Origin: Candidatus Marinacidobacterium sp.
Lineage (GTDB): Bacteria; Acidobacteriota; Vicinamibacteria; Marinacidobacterales; Marinacidobacteraceae
DNA length: 64,000 nt
Reading direction: 5' to 3'
NCBI GenBank assembly: GCA_965204755.1
Contig: OZ242011.1
Coordinates: 1,504,001 to 1,568,000 of the forward strand
A program made the translations under genes and the position numbers. Under the pieces are notes generated by a model that searched no databases, was not told the DNA's origin, and saw only the letters and a list, made by a program, of their open reading frames with translations. Positions 28,952-38,997 of this stretch are shown here, piece after piece (within the stretch, counting starts at the first letter, position 1; each line of letters begins with the position of its first letter).

Positions 28952-30504
28952 ATCGTCAGGATCGCGGCGAAGAGGACCACCGAGCGGAAGAAGTGGCCGA
29001 GGCGCAGGTTCTCGTTCGGGCTGTGCTGGTTGTTGTCGTGGTTCACCGTCGGGATCATGAGCGCCGGAACGCCGAGCGCCTCCACGAAGGGCGCGATGGG
29101 AACGGTGCCGCCGCTGGTGCGCTTCCGCACCGGCGCTTCGCCGGCGGCCTCCGCGAGGGCCTCGACCGGACGCGCGGCGACCGGGTGGTCGAGCGGGGTG
29201 CGGAAGGCGTTGGTCCCGGCCCGCCGGGTCAGGCGGACCAGCCGCGGGTGCTGCCGCCGGTCGTCTTCCGAGGGTTCCCGGTCGAGGACGACATAGCCGG
29301 CGGACTCGATGAAGCCCCGGACCAGGTCGAACATCCGGTCGGCGGGGGTCTCGGCCACCAGCCGGACATCCAGCGCCGCGGTGGCGGTCGCCGGAACGAT
29401 CGTCCGCGCCTCGGCCCCCACCCAGGCGCTTTCCAGCCCGCGCACATTGAGCGACGGGAACTGGATCGCTTCCTGGAGCGACTCTCCCACCCGGTCGGCC
29501 TCGGCGAAGCCGAGGGCGCGGCGGAGCGCCGGGAGGTCGTCCGGGACGGCCTCGAGCGCCGCCCGCTCCTCCGGGGTGAACTCGATCCCGTCGTAGAAGC
29601 CGGGGATGAGGACGCGCCCGTCCGGGCCCTTCATCGAGGCCAGGAGTTGCGCCAACCGGACCGCCGGGTTCGGCGCCCAGTTCCCGTAATGGCCGCTGTG
29701 GAGCGGGACGCGCGGGCCGTACACGATGAGTTCGAGCGGCAGGATGCCCCGGGCGCCGAAACTGACCGTGGGGCGGCCGCTCTGGTGGAGCGGGCCGTCG
29801 AGGATCAGCATCGCGTCGGCGGCGAACCGGCCGCGGTAGCGGTCGATGGCCGGGACCAGGTTCGGCGACCCGGCCTCTTCCTCGCCGTCGAGGACGACCT
29901 TGAGATGGCTGGAGACGCCGATACCGGCGGATTCCAGCGCGTCCAGCGCTCCCAGGAAGGCGATGATCGGGGCGCTGTCGTCGGCGACCGATCGGGCGTA
30001 GATGCGGTCGTCCGGGGAGAACACCTCGCTCGCCTCGAGGTCGAGCCGTTCCGCCCCGTCTTCGAGGGCGCCGGAGCGCAGGATCGGCCGGAAGGGGTCC
30101 TCCTGCGCCCAGCGCGACGGGTCCACCGGCTGCCCGTCGTAGTGGAAATAGACGAGGAGCGTCCGCTCGGCGCCCGGCGCCGGCCGCTCCCCGAAGACCA
30201 GCGGGTTGCCGTCGGTCTCCAGCAGTTCGGCGGCGAAGCCCCGCCGGGCGAAGCCGTCGCGCAGCCGCTCCGCCTTTCGCCGGATGTTCTCCCGGTCCGC
30301 CGCCACCGAAGGGATGGAAACGACCTCGACCAGTTCGCGGACGAGTTCCGCCTGGCGGGCCTCGGTGAACGCTTCGACGGTCTCGCGGAGGTCCTGCGCG
30401 GCCGCGGCGGATGCGAAGGCGAGAAGCGCCGCGGCGACCGGGACAGGGAGGAGGGCCGGGAGCGCCGCCCGGCGGCGGTCGCGAGTCCCGGCCGGGGCGC
30501 TCAA
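28948..30504 (-). CDS. Secreted M20/M25/M40 metallopeptidase
   Basis: YFHYDGQP, ARSVADD, GEEEAGS, HSGHYG, NQHSPNEN; TTG overlaps the upstream TGA. Confidence 0.88.
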   Translation of the reverse strand: MSAPAGTRDRRRAALPALLPVPVAAALLAFASAAAAQDLRETVEAFTEARQAELVRELVEVVSIPSVAADRENIRRKAERLRDGFARRGFAAELLETDGNPLVFGERPAPGAERTLLVYFHYDGQPVDPSRWAQEDPFRPILRSGALEDGAERLDLEASEVFSPDDRIYARSVADDSAPIIAFLGALDALESAGIGVSSHLKVVLDGEEEAGSPNLVPAIDRYRGRFAADAMLILDGPLHQSGRPTVSFGARGILPLELIVYGPRVPLHSGHYGNWAPNPAVRLAQLLASMKGPDGRVLIPGFYDGIEFTPEERAALEAVPDDLPALRRALGFAEADRVGESLQEAIQFPSLNVRGLESAWVGAEARTIVPATATAALDVRLVAETPADRMFDLVRGFIESAGYVVLDREPSEDDRRQHPRLVRLTRRAGTNAFRTPLDHPVAARPVEALAEAAGEAPVRKRTSGGTVPIAPFVEALGVPALMIPTVNHDNNQHSPNENLRLGHFFRSVVLFAAILTM

Positions 30505-31589
30505 TTGGGGAGCCCGGGCCCCCGGTCCGTGATCTCGCTGTCCGGTGGGACGCCGAGGAGACTGCGGTCGAGGGAGAACTCGTAGATCGTGTTCGAGGTC
30601 GCCACCGCCAGGAGGCCCTTGTGGTCGAGCGCCACCCCGACCACCGGCGGCCCCGCGATGATCCGGCGGGCGCCGGCGGGGGAGAACAGGAACACGCCGG
30701 CGTCGCCGGCCAAGCCCTCGGCGACGAAGCAGCGGTCCCGTTCGTCGAAGGCGATCCCCTGCGGCCGACCGAAGCCGCAGTGCACCCGGCAGGGCTGGCC
30801 GCCCGGCCCGAATTCCACGATCTGGTCGCGGGAGGAGAGGGTCGGGCCGGCGACGAACAGGCCTCCTGCCGAGTTGAACGCCAGGTGGTACGCCGAAATC
30901 GAGGGGCGGAGATGCGAGAACACCTCGACCTGGCCGTCGGGGCCGTCCACCTGGTACAGCGTGCCGTCCCGGTCGCCGATCAGCAGCCGGCCGTCGGGGG
31001 CGAAGGTGATTCCGGTGGCGCAGCCGAGTTCCTCGGCGAACACCTGGAACGACTCCGAGTCGTCCATCCGGTACACCCGGCCGTCCTCGCGCGACGAGAC
31101 ATAGAGCGTGTCGTCCGGGCCCCAGGCCAGGCCGGTGGGGTTGACGATGCCTTCGCCGAGCGGTTCCGGCTCCCGGCGGCGGCGGAGCCGGTAGATCGGG
31201 TTGGGGACGCGCTCCGAGCGGCGGCCGCTGAAGGTGGCGTAGAGGATGCCCCGCCGGTCGAAGACCGGGTTCGCCACCATGTCGAGGTCCTCGGCGAAGG
31301 CGCGGCCGATCGCCACCGGGAAGGGGTCGGTTTCCCGGCCCCCCACGGCGACGCGGATCTCTTCCCCGGCCCCCGGGGGCACGCGAACCCCGATCCGGGT
31401 GGAGGAAACCCGGCACACATGGGCTTCCTGCTCGCCGAAGAACACGCGGAGCCGGGACGCTTGGTCCACGGCGAAACCGCGGCCGCCGATGTCCAGCCGG
31501 CCGCCCGGGATCGCATGACGCGGCCAGACCCGCTCCACCGCCAGCCGCCGCCGGGGCCGCCGCTCCGTATCGGTGGCGGCGGGAGGCAT
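30501..31589 (-). CDS. IPT/TIG domain plus SMP-30/gluconolactonase-like beta-propeller protein
   Basis: NPTGLAW, ATGITF, PQGIAFD repeats. Confidence 0.7.
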   Translation of the reverse strand: MPPAATDTERRPRRRLAVERVWPRHAIPGGRLDIGGRGFAVDQASRLRVFFGEQEAHVCRVSSTRIGVRVPPGAGEEIRVAVGGRETDPFPVAIGRAFAEDLDMVANPVFDRRGILYATFSGRRSERVPNPIYRLRRRREPEPLGEGIVNPTGLAWGPDDTLYVSSREDGRVYRMDDSESFQVFAEELGCATGITFAPDGRLLIGDRDGTLYQVDGPDGQVEVFSHLRPSISAYHLAFNSAGGLFVAGPTLSSRDQIVEFGPGGQPCRVHCGFGRPQGIAFDERDRCFVAEGLAGDAGVFLFSPAGARRIIAGPPVVGVALDHKGLLAVATSNTIYEFSLDRSLLGVPPDSEITDRGPGLPN

Positions 31590-31735
31590 GGGCGAGTCGG
31601 GAGGTTAGCAGCCGGTCGGCGGGCGCCGAGGCGCCTTCGACGCGGAGCCGGGTGGCCGGGATTCCCCACTGATCCCCTACTTCGGCGAGCGGCTCGCGCT
31701 GTGGAAAACTCACCGGCTTCCCGAAGGGGCCACCG

Positions 31736-32311
31736 ATCACCGAACCGAATGGGACCGCCGGCAGCGCCGACCGGGGAAGCGTCTCCGGCGGGCCGCCGAC
31801 CGGGCCCGGGCGCCCGCCGATCGCGGTCATCGGCGGCAGCAGCGCTTCCGACGCCGTCCTCGCGCTCGCCGAAGCCGTCGGGCGGGAGATCGCCGCGTCC
31901 GGGTCTCCGCTCGTCTGCGGGGGGCTGGGCGGGGTGATGGAGGCCGCCTGCCGGGGCGCGGAGGCCGCCGGGGGGCTCACCATCGGGTTGCTGCCGGGAA
32001 GCGACCCGCGCGCGGCGAACCCGCATGTCCGGGTTCCGCTTGCGACCGGTCTCGGCCACTTCCGCAACTTCCTGGTGGTTCACGCCGCCGCCGGGGTGGT
32101 CGCGTTGCCGGGCGCCGCCGGGACGCTCTCCGAAGCGGCGATGGCCCGGACGCTCGGCCGGCCGCTGGTGGCGCTGGGAGACGCCTCCGCGGCGTCCGTT
32201 CCCGGCGCCCGGCGGGCGGGTTCGGCGCGGGAGGCCGTCTCGCTGGCGCTGCGGCTCGTCGAGGAGGGTTCGACCGAGGTTCCGGCGGCGCGCGAGGACT
32301 TCGACCGATGA
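31736..32311 (+). CDS. TIGR00725-family (LOG/lysine decarboxylase-like) nucleotide-binding protein; start non-canonical or uncertain
   Basis: IAVIGG...LVCGGLGGVMEAACRGA, TGLGHFRN, GTLSE. Confidence 0.8.
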   Translation: MTEPNGTAGSADRGSVSGGPPTGPGRPPIAVIGGSSASDAVLALAEAVGREIAASGSPLVCGGLGGVMEAACRGAEAAGGLTIGLLPGSDPRAANPHVRVPLATGLGHFRNFLVVHAAAGVVALPGAAGTLSEAAMARTLGRPLVALGDASAASVPGARRAGSAREAVSLALRLVEEGSTEVPAAREDFDR

Positions 32312-35300
32312 ACGCGCCGCCGCGCCCGCCGGGGTTCGAGGCGCTCTTCGACGCAGTGGCGCGGCGGCGGGAGGCCGGCGTCCGGGAAGTCGTCCGGCTC
32401 TCCGGCCCGGCCCGGCTGGCGGTGGCGGCGGCCTGGGCGGCGCTCGGCCAGCGGCCGCTGGCGCTCTTCCTGCCCGGCGATCCGGAACTGCTCCCCGCCT
32501 CCGCCGACTTGGAGACGCTGCTGCGCGCCTTCGGCGTCTCCCGCCCGGTGCTTCGGCTTCCCGGCGTCGCGGTGAACCCGTACGGGGGCGGCTCGCCGCA
32601 TCCGGAGGCGCTGGCGCTCCGCGCGGAGGCGCTCGCCTCGCTGGCGTCCGGCGGCGCCGACGGGGCGCCTCCGCCGGTGGTCGTCGCCTCGGCCGCCGGG
32701 GCGCTCGCCCGCACGGCCGCGCCTGACCGGATCGCCGCCGCCGGGATCCGACTGGCGCGCGGAGGCTCGGGTTCGCCGATCGGGATCGCCCGGCGGCTGG
32801 CCGACGCCGGCTACCGGCACGAGAACCCGGTCGGGTCGCCCGGGGACTTCGCCCGCCGGGGCGGCATCCTCGATGTGTTCCCGGTGCGCCGGAGACTGCC
32901 GGTGCGCGTCGAGTTCGCCTTCGACGAAGTCGAAGACCTGCGGGAGTTCGAAGTGGACACCCAGCGAAGCGGCGACCACCTGGAGCGGCCCGCCGAACTC
33001 CGGGTCCCGCCGGCGTGGGAGTGGATCGGCGCGAACCCGCCGGCCGGCCCGGAAGAGCCGCATCCGGCGTTCTCCTCGCCGGGTAAGGCCGGCTTCCGGA
33101 GCGGCCTCGCGGAGTACTTGGAGGGCGCGGACCTCCTCCTCGCCGACCCGGAGCGGTTCCGGGAAGCCGCCGAGGGGGAGACCCTGCGGATCGCGGAATC
33201 ACATTCGTCCGCCGGGCGCCGGCGTCCGGTCGGCGCGGCGGCGCCGGAGGAGTTGCTCTCCGACCACGAGGAACTGCTCGACCATCTCGATCGGCGGCCG
33301 CCGGCCGGCGCGGTGCGGCTCCGCGCGCTCGATCCGCCGGCGAGGCGGCGGCGGGCGCCGGAGGGAGCGTTCCCCGCCGAGGAGATCGCGTCCCGGCCGG
33401 CGGAGTCCTACGCCCGCCGCCCGGCGGAACTCTTCGAGAGTCTGACCCGGCCGGCGCCGGCGGGGGCCGCGGCGCATGTGTTCGCCCCCGGGGAGGGCGC
33501 CGCCGCCCGGTTCCGGGAACGCGCCGCGCAGGCGGGCGCCCGGGTTTCCGACGACGAGAGCGGGGTCGGCGTCGGGGTCGAAGCGCCGCCGCGGGTCTTC
33601 ACGCACTCCGGCCGGTTGAGCGCCGGGTTCGAGATGCCCGGCATCGCGCTCCGCGTGGTGAGCGCCGCCGCTCTCCTGGGCGCCCCGCCCCGCGCGCGCC
33701 CCGCCCGTTCTTCCCGGACCCGGAGTTTCTTCTCCGACTTCCGCGACCTGAAACCCGGAGACCCGGTGGTCCACGCCGACCACGGGGTGGGCCGGTTCGT
33801 CCGGATCACCCGGCTGGACTCCGGCGAGGGCGCGCCGGAACTCGTGGAGATCCAGTACGCCAAGGGGGCGCGGCTCTTCGTGCCGGTGGACCGGCTGGAC
33901 CTGCTCGACCGCTACAGCGCCGGCGGCGACGGGGCCGCGCCGCCGCTCGACCGGCTGGGGGGCGGCGCCTGGGGACGGCGGCGGAAGCGGGTGGCCCGGG
34001 CGCTCCGGGACATCGCCGACGACCTCATCCGGTTGTACGCCGAGCGGCGCGAGACTCCGGGGCACGCGTTCGCGCAGGACACGCCGGGGCTCGGCGAATT
34101 CGAGGACGGCTTCGAGTGGGAGGAGACCGAAGACCAGGCGCGGGCGATCCGGGAGGTCTTCGCCGACATGGAGTCCCCGGCGCCGATGGACCGGCTGCTC
34201 GCCGGCGATGTGGGTTTCGGCAAGACGGAAGTGGCGCTCCGGGCGGCGTTCAAGGCCGCGATGGACGGCAAACAGGCGGCGATCCTGGCGCCGACGACGG
34301 TGCTCGCCGCGCAGCACGCCCGGGTGTTCGCCGAGCGGTTCCGCCCCTTCCCGATCCGGGTGGAACTGCTCTCCCGGTTCCGCGCGCCGAAGCAGCAGCG
34401 CGAGACCGCCGCCGGGCTCCGGAGCGGGGCGGTGGACATCGTCATCGGGACGCATCGGCTCCTGTCGAAGGATGTGGAGTTCCGCGACCTGGGCCTGCTG
34501 GTGGTGGACGAGGAGCAGCGCTTCGGGGTGGCGGCCAAGGAGCGGCTCAAGCGGCTGGCCTCCGGGGTGGACCATCTCGCCCTGACCGCGACCCCGATCC
34601 CCCGGACGCTGAACATGTCGCTCGCCGGCATCCGCGACCTCTCGGTCATCGAGACCGCGCCCCGGGACCGCATGGCCATCCACACCGAGGTCCGGCCGTT
34701 CGACCCGCCGTTGATCGCCGAGGCCATCCGGCACGAGATGGCGCGGGACGGGCAGGTGTACTTCGTCCACAACCGGATCGGGTCGCTGGACGCGATGGCC
34801 GCCTGGCTCGGCGACCTGACGCCGGAAGCGAAGATCCTCACCGCGCACGGAAAGATGCCGGAGGCGGCGCTCGAGCGGACGATCCTCCGCTTCCAGAACG
34901 GGGAGGCCGACATCCTGCTGGCGACCACGATCATCGAGAACGGTCTCGACCTGCCCCGGGTGAACACCCTGCTGGTGAACCGGGCGGAGACTTTCGGCCT
35001 GTCGCAGTTGTACCAAATCCGCGGCCGGGTGGGGCGCTCCTCGCGGAGGGCGTACGCCTACCTGCTGACGCCGCCGGGAGGCCCGGTCCCGGAACGGGCG
35101 GAGCCCCGGCTCCGGGCGCTGCGCGAGTTCAGCGAACTCGGGGCCGGCTTCCGCATCGCGGCGCTCGACCTGGAGTTGCGCGGAGCGGGGAACCTGCTCG
35201 GAGCGGCGCAGCACGGCCACCTCGAAGCGGTCGGCTTCGACCTCTACCATCGGCTGCTCGAAGAGGCGGTGGCCGAAGCGCGCGGAACGCCGAAGCGCGG

Positions 35301-35754
35301 CCGCTGCTCCATGAACCTGAAATTCCAGTTGCGGATCCCGGACGCCTACATCGAAGAGGAGCGGCAGCGGATGTGGCTCTACAAGCGGTGCTCGTCGGCG
35401 GCTTCGGAGGAGGATCTCTCCCGGCTGACCTCGGAGGCGCGCGACCGGTTCGGGCCGCCGCCGGAGGAGGTCTCGCTCCTGTTCCGGCATGTGGGCCTGC
35501 GCCTCCGGGCCGAGGCTCTCGGCTACGCGGGAATCCACCGGGAGAGCGGGCGGGACGGCGGCGCCCTCCGCTTCGACTCCGCCGGAGAAGAAGGCGCGGC
35601 CGGCGGGTTCCGGGCGCCGCTGCCGGCGGCATCCGACCCGGCGGCGGTGCTCGACTCGCTGGAGACCGCGCTTTCGGCGGTGGAAGCGGTCCGCGCCGGA
35701 GCGCCGCCTCCCCCGCCGACCCCCGCGGTCGCCGCCGCGGCAGCGGGAACATGA
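32308..35754 (+). CDS. mfd: Transcription-repair coupling factor
   Basis: RGGILDVF, VVHADHGVG, GDVGFGKT, DEEQRFG, TATPIPRT, QIRGRVGR, TRCF domain. Confidence 0.96.
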   Translation: MNAPPRPPGFEALFDAVARRREAGVREVVRLSGPARLAVAAAWAALGQRPLALFLPGDPELLPASADLETLLRAFGVSRPVLRLPGVAVNPYGGGSPHPEALALRAEALASLASGGADGAPPPVVVASAAGALARTAAPDRIAAAGIRLARGGSGSPIGIARRLADAGYRHENPVGSPGDFARRGGILDVFPVRRRLPVRVEFAFDEVEDLREFEVDTQRSGDHLERPAELRVPPAWEWIGANPPAGPEEPHPAFSSPGKAGFRSGLAEYLEGADLLLADPERFREAAEGETLRIAESHSSAGRRRPVGAAAPEELLSDHEELLDHLDRRPPAGAVRLRALDPPARRRRAPEGAFPAEEIASRPAESYARRPAELFESLTRPAPAGAAAHVFAPGEGAAARFRERAAQAGARVSDDESGVGVGVEAPPRVFTHSGRLSAGFEMPGIALRVVSAAALLGAPPRARPARSSRTRSFFSDFRDLKPGDPVVHADHGVGRFVRITRLDSGEGAPELVEIQYAKGARLFVPVDRLDLLDRYSAGGDGAAPPLDRLGGGAWGRRRKRVARALRDIADDLIRLYAERRETPGHAFAQDTPGLGEFEDGFEWEETEDQARAIREVFADMESPAPMDRLLAGDVGFGKTEVALRAAFKAAMDGKQAAILAPTTVLAAQHARVFAERFRPFPIRVELLSRFRAPKQQRETAAGLRSGAVDIVIGTHRLLSKDVEFRDLGLLVVDEEQRFGVAAKERLKRLASGVDHLALTATPIPRTLNMSLAGIRDLSVIETAPRDRMAIHTEVRPFDPPLIAEAIRHEMARDGQVYFVHNRIGSLDAMAAWLGDLTPEAKILTAHGKMPEAALERTILRFQNGEADILLATTIIENGLDLPRVNTLLVNRAETFGLSQLYQIRGRVGRSSRRAYAYLLTPPGGPVPERAEPRLRALREFSELGAGFRIAALDLELRGAGNLLGAAQHGHLEAVGFDLYHRLLEEAVAEARGTPKRGRCSMNLKFQLRIPDAYIEEERQRMWLYKRCSSAASEEDLSRLTSEARDRFGPPPEEVSLLFRHVGLRLRAEALGYAGIHRESGRDGGALRFDSAGEEGAAGGFRAPLPAASDPAAVLDSLETALSAVEAVRAGAPPPPPTPAVAAAAAGT

Positions 35755-36746
35755 CTCCTCGGCGGCGCGCGCGCGTTCCCGCGGCGGCCCTCTTCGCCCT
35801 CCTGTTCGCCCTGTTCGGCCTGTTCGCCCTGTCGGCCGGATGCGGGTTCGTCGCCGACCCGGACGGGCGTCCGGTCCTGAGCATCGGCGACCGGGACTAC
35901 ACCCACGCCGAGTTCGACGAGTTCGTGACCGCCCGGACCGCGCTGGGCATTCCCGTCGACGCCGCCCTGCTCAGCGTGCTGTTCGACGAGTTCGTGCGGG
36001 AGCAGTTGTTCCTGATCGCCGCCGACGACGCCGGGATCGAGGTCTCCGCGATGCGGGTGGCGGCGGAAGTGAGCGCCCTAGAACGGCTGCCCGGCGCCGG
36101 CCCGGGCGGAGGGGAAGCGGCCGCCGACGAGCCGGCCCCCGCGGGTCCGCCCCCGGTCGCGCGCCGGCAGGTGCGCAACCGGCTGCGGATCGAACGCCTG
36201 CTGGAAACCGAGTTGCTCGGCGACCTGGCGCCGTCGGACGAGGCGGCGCTGCTGGAGTTCGAGAGCGGGCTCCCGTTCTATTCCCGCCCGGAAACGGTGT
36301 CGCTCTCCGAGCGGGCGTTCGAGGACCGCGAAGAGGCGGAGGCCGCGCTCGCCGAGATCCGGGCGGCGGCTTCGGAAACGGAGGACGGAGGGGAACCGGG
36401 GGCGGAGGGACCGTCGGCGCCGGAAGGTTTCGCCGCCATCGGCGCCTTCCGGCGCGGCGAGTTGCCGGAAGCGGTGGGTGAAGTCGTCTTCGAACTGGAG
36501 GCCGGCGACGCGACGGAGGTCATCGAGACCGCTACCGGTTTCCGCATCTACCGGGTCGAAGAACACCAGCCGGGCGGCCGGCTGGAGTTCGAGGAAGTCG
36601 AGGAAGTGGTGCAGTTGACCGTGCTGCGGCGGGAAGCGGATGCCCGCATCGCCGCCTTCCTCGAAGACCTGCGCGCCCGGCACCCGGTGGAAGTCCACGC
36701 CGCCCGGCTCCGCTTCCCCTATGTCGGCCTCCTCGCCGAACCCTGA
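35751..36746 (+). CDS. SurA/PpiC-type peptidyl-prolyl isomerase lipoprotein
   Basis: ATGA overlap with mfd; lipobox LSAGC; degenerate rotamase domain. Confidence 0.75.
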   Translation: MTPRRRARVPAAALFALLFALFGLFALSAGCGFVADPDGRPVLSIGDRDYTHAEFDEFVTARTALGIPVDAALLSVLFDEFVREQLFLIAADDAGIEVSAMRVAAEVSALERLPGAGPGGGEAAADEPAPAGPPPVARRQVRNRLRIERLLETELLGDLAPSDEAALLEFESGLPFYSRPETVSLSERAFEDREEAEAALAEIRAAASETEDGGEPGAEGPSAPEGFAAIGAFRRGELPEAVGEVVFELEAGDATEVIETATGFRIYRVEEHQPGGRLEFEEVEEVVQLTVLRREADARIAAFLEDLRARHPVEVHAARLRFPYVGLLAEP

Positions 36747-36806
36747 CCGGCCGAAGATCCTCCGACCGAACCCGTTTCCCCGCTCTCTACAATGCCTTCG
36801 CGCCCG

Positions 36807-37886
36807 ATGACTCCCCCGCTGCCCCGCCTGCTGACCCGCCCCCTGACCCACCTGCCGCCACTCCCGAAGTTCCGACTCTCGGCGCCGTCCGCGGGGCCCC
36901 GGCGCTTCGCCCCGGCGCTGGCCGCCGCCGCGCTCGCCCTCGCGGCCGCGGCCGCCTCCGCCCAGGAGACGCCCCCTCCGGGGCCGGAGGTGGTGGACCG
37001 GGTGGTGGCGCTGGTGAACGGGGACATGATCACGCTCAGCGAACTCGAGCGGCAGGTCACCGTCCAGTCCGAGCGGCTCGGCGTCCCCGAAGACGATCCG
37101 GCGCTGGCGGCGGAGTTCCGCTCGCGCATCCTCCAGGGGATGGTGGACAACGCCCTCATCCTGCAACTGGCGGAAGAACGCGGCCTCCGGGTTCCCGACC
37201 GCTACTTCGACGACTGGAAGGAGCAGACGATCAAGGAGATGAACCTGCCCGACGAGGCGGAGTTCATCCGCCAGGTGGAACTGCAGGGGACGAACCTCGA
37301 AGAACTGAAGAAGCAGTTCTTCGAAGGCGTGCTCATCCAGGAGATCCGCCGGCAGGACATCGAGGAGCGGGTGCGGATCAGCGAGCCGGAGATCGAGCAG
37401 CGCTACCGCGAGAATGTGGACGAGTTCGTCACGCCGCCCAAGGTCCGCCTCAACGAGATCGTGATCCACATCGGGGAAGCGGGAGAGGCGGACGCCCGCT
37501 CGCGCATCGAGGAGGCGAAACGGCTCGTCGCTTCCGGGAACGCGTTCTCGGAAGTCGCCGGCGTGCGCTCCGAATCCGCCTCCGCGGAGAGCGGCGGCGC
37601 GCTCGGGCTCTTCGAACTCGGCGAGTTGGACGAAACCTTCCGGACCGTGGTGGAGAGCCTCGAGACCGGCGGGGTGTCGGACCCGATCCGCCTCGGCGAC
37701 TCGTTCTACCTGCTCGGCGTGGAGGAACGGACCGAGGAGACCACCACGCCGCTCGACGAGGTGCGCAACCAGATCGCGGAATCGCTCTACGCCGAGAAGA
37801 TGGAGACCGAGATGGCCGCCTTCGTGGAGAACCTGCGCAAGAACGCGATCGTCGAAATCCGGCTCGAGGACTCGCCGTCGCCCTGA
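36807..37886 (+). CDS. surA: SurA-like peptidyl-prolyl cis-trans isomerase
   Basis: VDRVVALVNGDMITLSE; SE..SA.SGG.LG rotamase motif. Confidence 0.85.
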   Translation: MTPPLPRLLTRPLTHLPPLPKFRLSAPSAGPRRFAPALAAAALALAAAAASAQETPPPGPEVVDRVVALVNGDMITLSELERQVTVQSERLGVPEDDPALAAEFRSRILQGMVDNALILQLAEERGLRVPDRYFDDWKEQTIKEMNLPDEAEFIRQVELQGTNLEELKKQFFEGVLIQEIRRQDIEERVRISEPEIEQRYRENVDEFVTPPKVRLNEIVIHIGEAGEADARSRIEEAKRLVASGNAFSEVAGVRSESASAESGGALGLFELGELDETFRTVVESLETGGVSDPIRLGDSFYLLGVEERTEETTTPLDEVRNQIAESLYAEKMETEMAAFVENLRKNAIVEIRLEDSPSP

Positions 37887-37934
37887 TCCGCCCTCCGGTG
37901 GGCGAAGCCGCCCGGGAGGCGGGGCCGCCGGCGC

Positions 37935-38975
37935 TCAGCCTCCCCGGGTGTGCATCTCGAGGTGCGGGTTCTCCTCGAGCGCCTTCCGGCCGAGCAGCGC
38001 CGTCCGATCGGCGAGCGCTGCCCGCTCTTCGGCCCCGCGGGCGTCCCGGGCGGCCCACTCGCCGAGGATGAGCGCCTCGAGGGCGTCCGCGTCCGCGCCG
38101 GCGCGGAGCGGCGCCCGCAGGTCCCGGCCGGAGGCGGCGTAGAGGCAGTCGAACCACCTCCCGTCGGCGGTCAGCCGGCTCCGGTCGCAGGCGCGGCAGA
38201 AGGGCTCGGTGACCGAGGCGATGGTCCCGAACACCCGACCGTCGGGAATCCGGTAGCGCCGCGCCGGCGCCGCCGGGTCGCCGTCCGGGACGGACTCCGG
38301 GGCGCCGTAGCGCGAGGCCATGGCGCTGCGGATCTCGGCGGCGGAGACCACCCGGTCGGCGCTCCACTCGGTCGCGCCGCCCACATCCATGTACTCGATG
38401 AACCGGACTTCGGCGCCCTGCTCCGAGGCGAACTCGAAGAGGTCGGTCAACTCGTCCTCGTTCACGCCGCGCATCACCACCGTGTCCAGTTTCAGCGGGG
38501 CGAGACCGGCGGCGCCGGCGGCGGCGATCCCGGCCCGAACCCGGTCGAGGCCGTCGCGGCGGGTCAGGGCGCGGAAGCGGTCGGGGCGCAGCGTGTCCAG
38601 ACTCACGGTGATCCGGGAGAGGCCCGCCGCGGCGAGCGCCCCCGCCGCCGGCGCGAGCAGCAGCCCGTTGGTGGTGAGCGCGAGGTCCTCGACGAGTTCC
38701 AGCGCGGCCAGCCGTTCCAAGAGTTCCGGGAGGTGGGGACGGATCAGCGGCTCCCCGCCGGTGATCCGGAGGCGGCGGACCCCGAGCGCCGCGAACCGTT
38801 CGGTCAGGAAGACCGTCTCCTCGAAGGAGAGGAGGTCCCGGCGCGGCAGCCAGCGGTAGGTCTCCTCCGGCATGCAGTAGTGGCAGCGGAGGTTGCAGCG
38901 GTCGGTGACCGAGAGCCGGAGGCTCCGCAGCGGGCGCCCGAACCGGTCGAGGGCGGCGGAGGCGGGAGGGGGCAT
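37935..38975 (-). CDS. moaA: GTP 3',8-cyclase (molybdenum cofactor biosynthesis)
   Basis: LRLSVTDRCNLRCHYC, TGGEP, FCRACDRSR, C-terminal GG. Confidence 0.95.
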   Translation of the reverse strand: MPPPASAALDRFGRPLRSLRLSVTDRCNLRCHYCMPEETYRWLPRRDLLSFEETVFLTERFAALGVRRLRITGGEPLIRPHLPELLERLAALELVEDLALTTNGLLLAPAAGALAAAGLSRITVSLDTLRPDRFRALTRRDGLDRVRAGIAAAGAAGLAPLKLDTVVMRGVNEDELTDLFEFASEQGAEVRFIEYMDVGGATEWSADRVVSAAEIRSAMASRYGAPESVPDGDPAAPARRYRIPDGRVFGTIASVTEPFCRACDRSRLTADGRWFDCLYAASGRDLRAPLRAGADADALEALILGEWAARDARGAEERAALADRTALLGRKALEENPHLEMHTRGG

Positions 38976-38997
38976 CGCCGGGACCGGGCGCCGCCGG

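Noticed and set aside
28948-32067. 1039-aa peptidase fusion
   Set aside because: The upstream part overlaps two other genes; the peptidase starts near 30504
35786-35831. Short repeats (GCCCTGTTC-like) in the PPIase 5' end
   Set aside because: They encode ALF/GLF repeats of the signal peptide and are in frame
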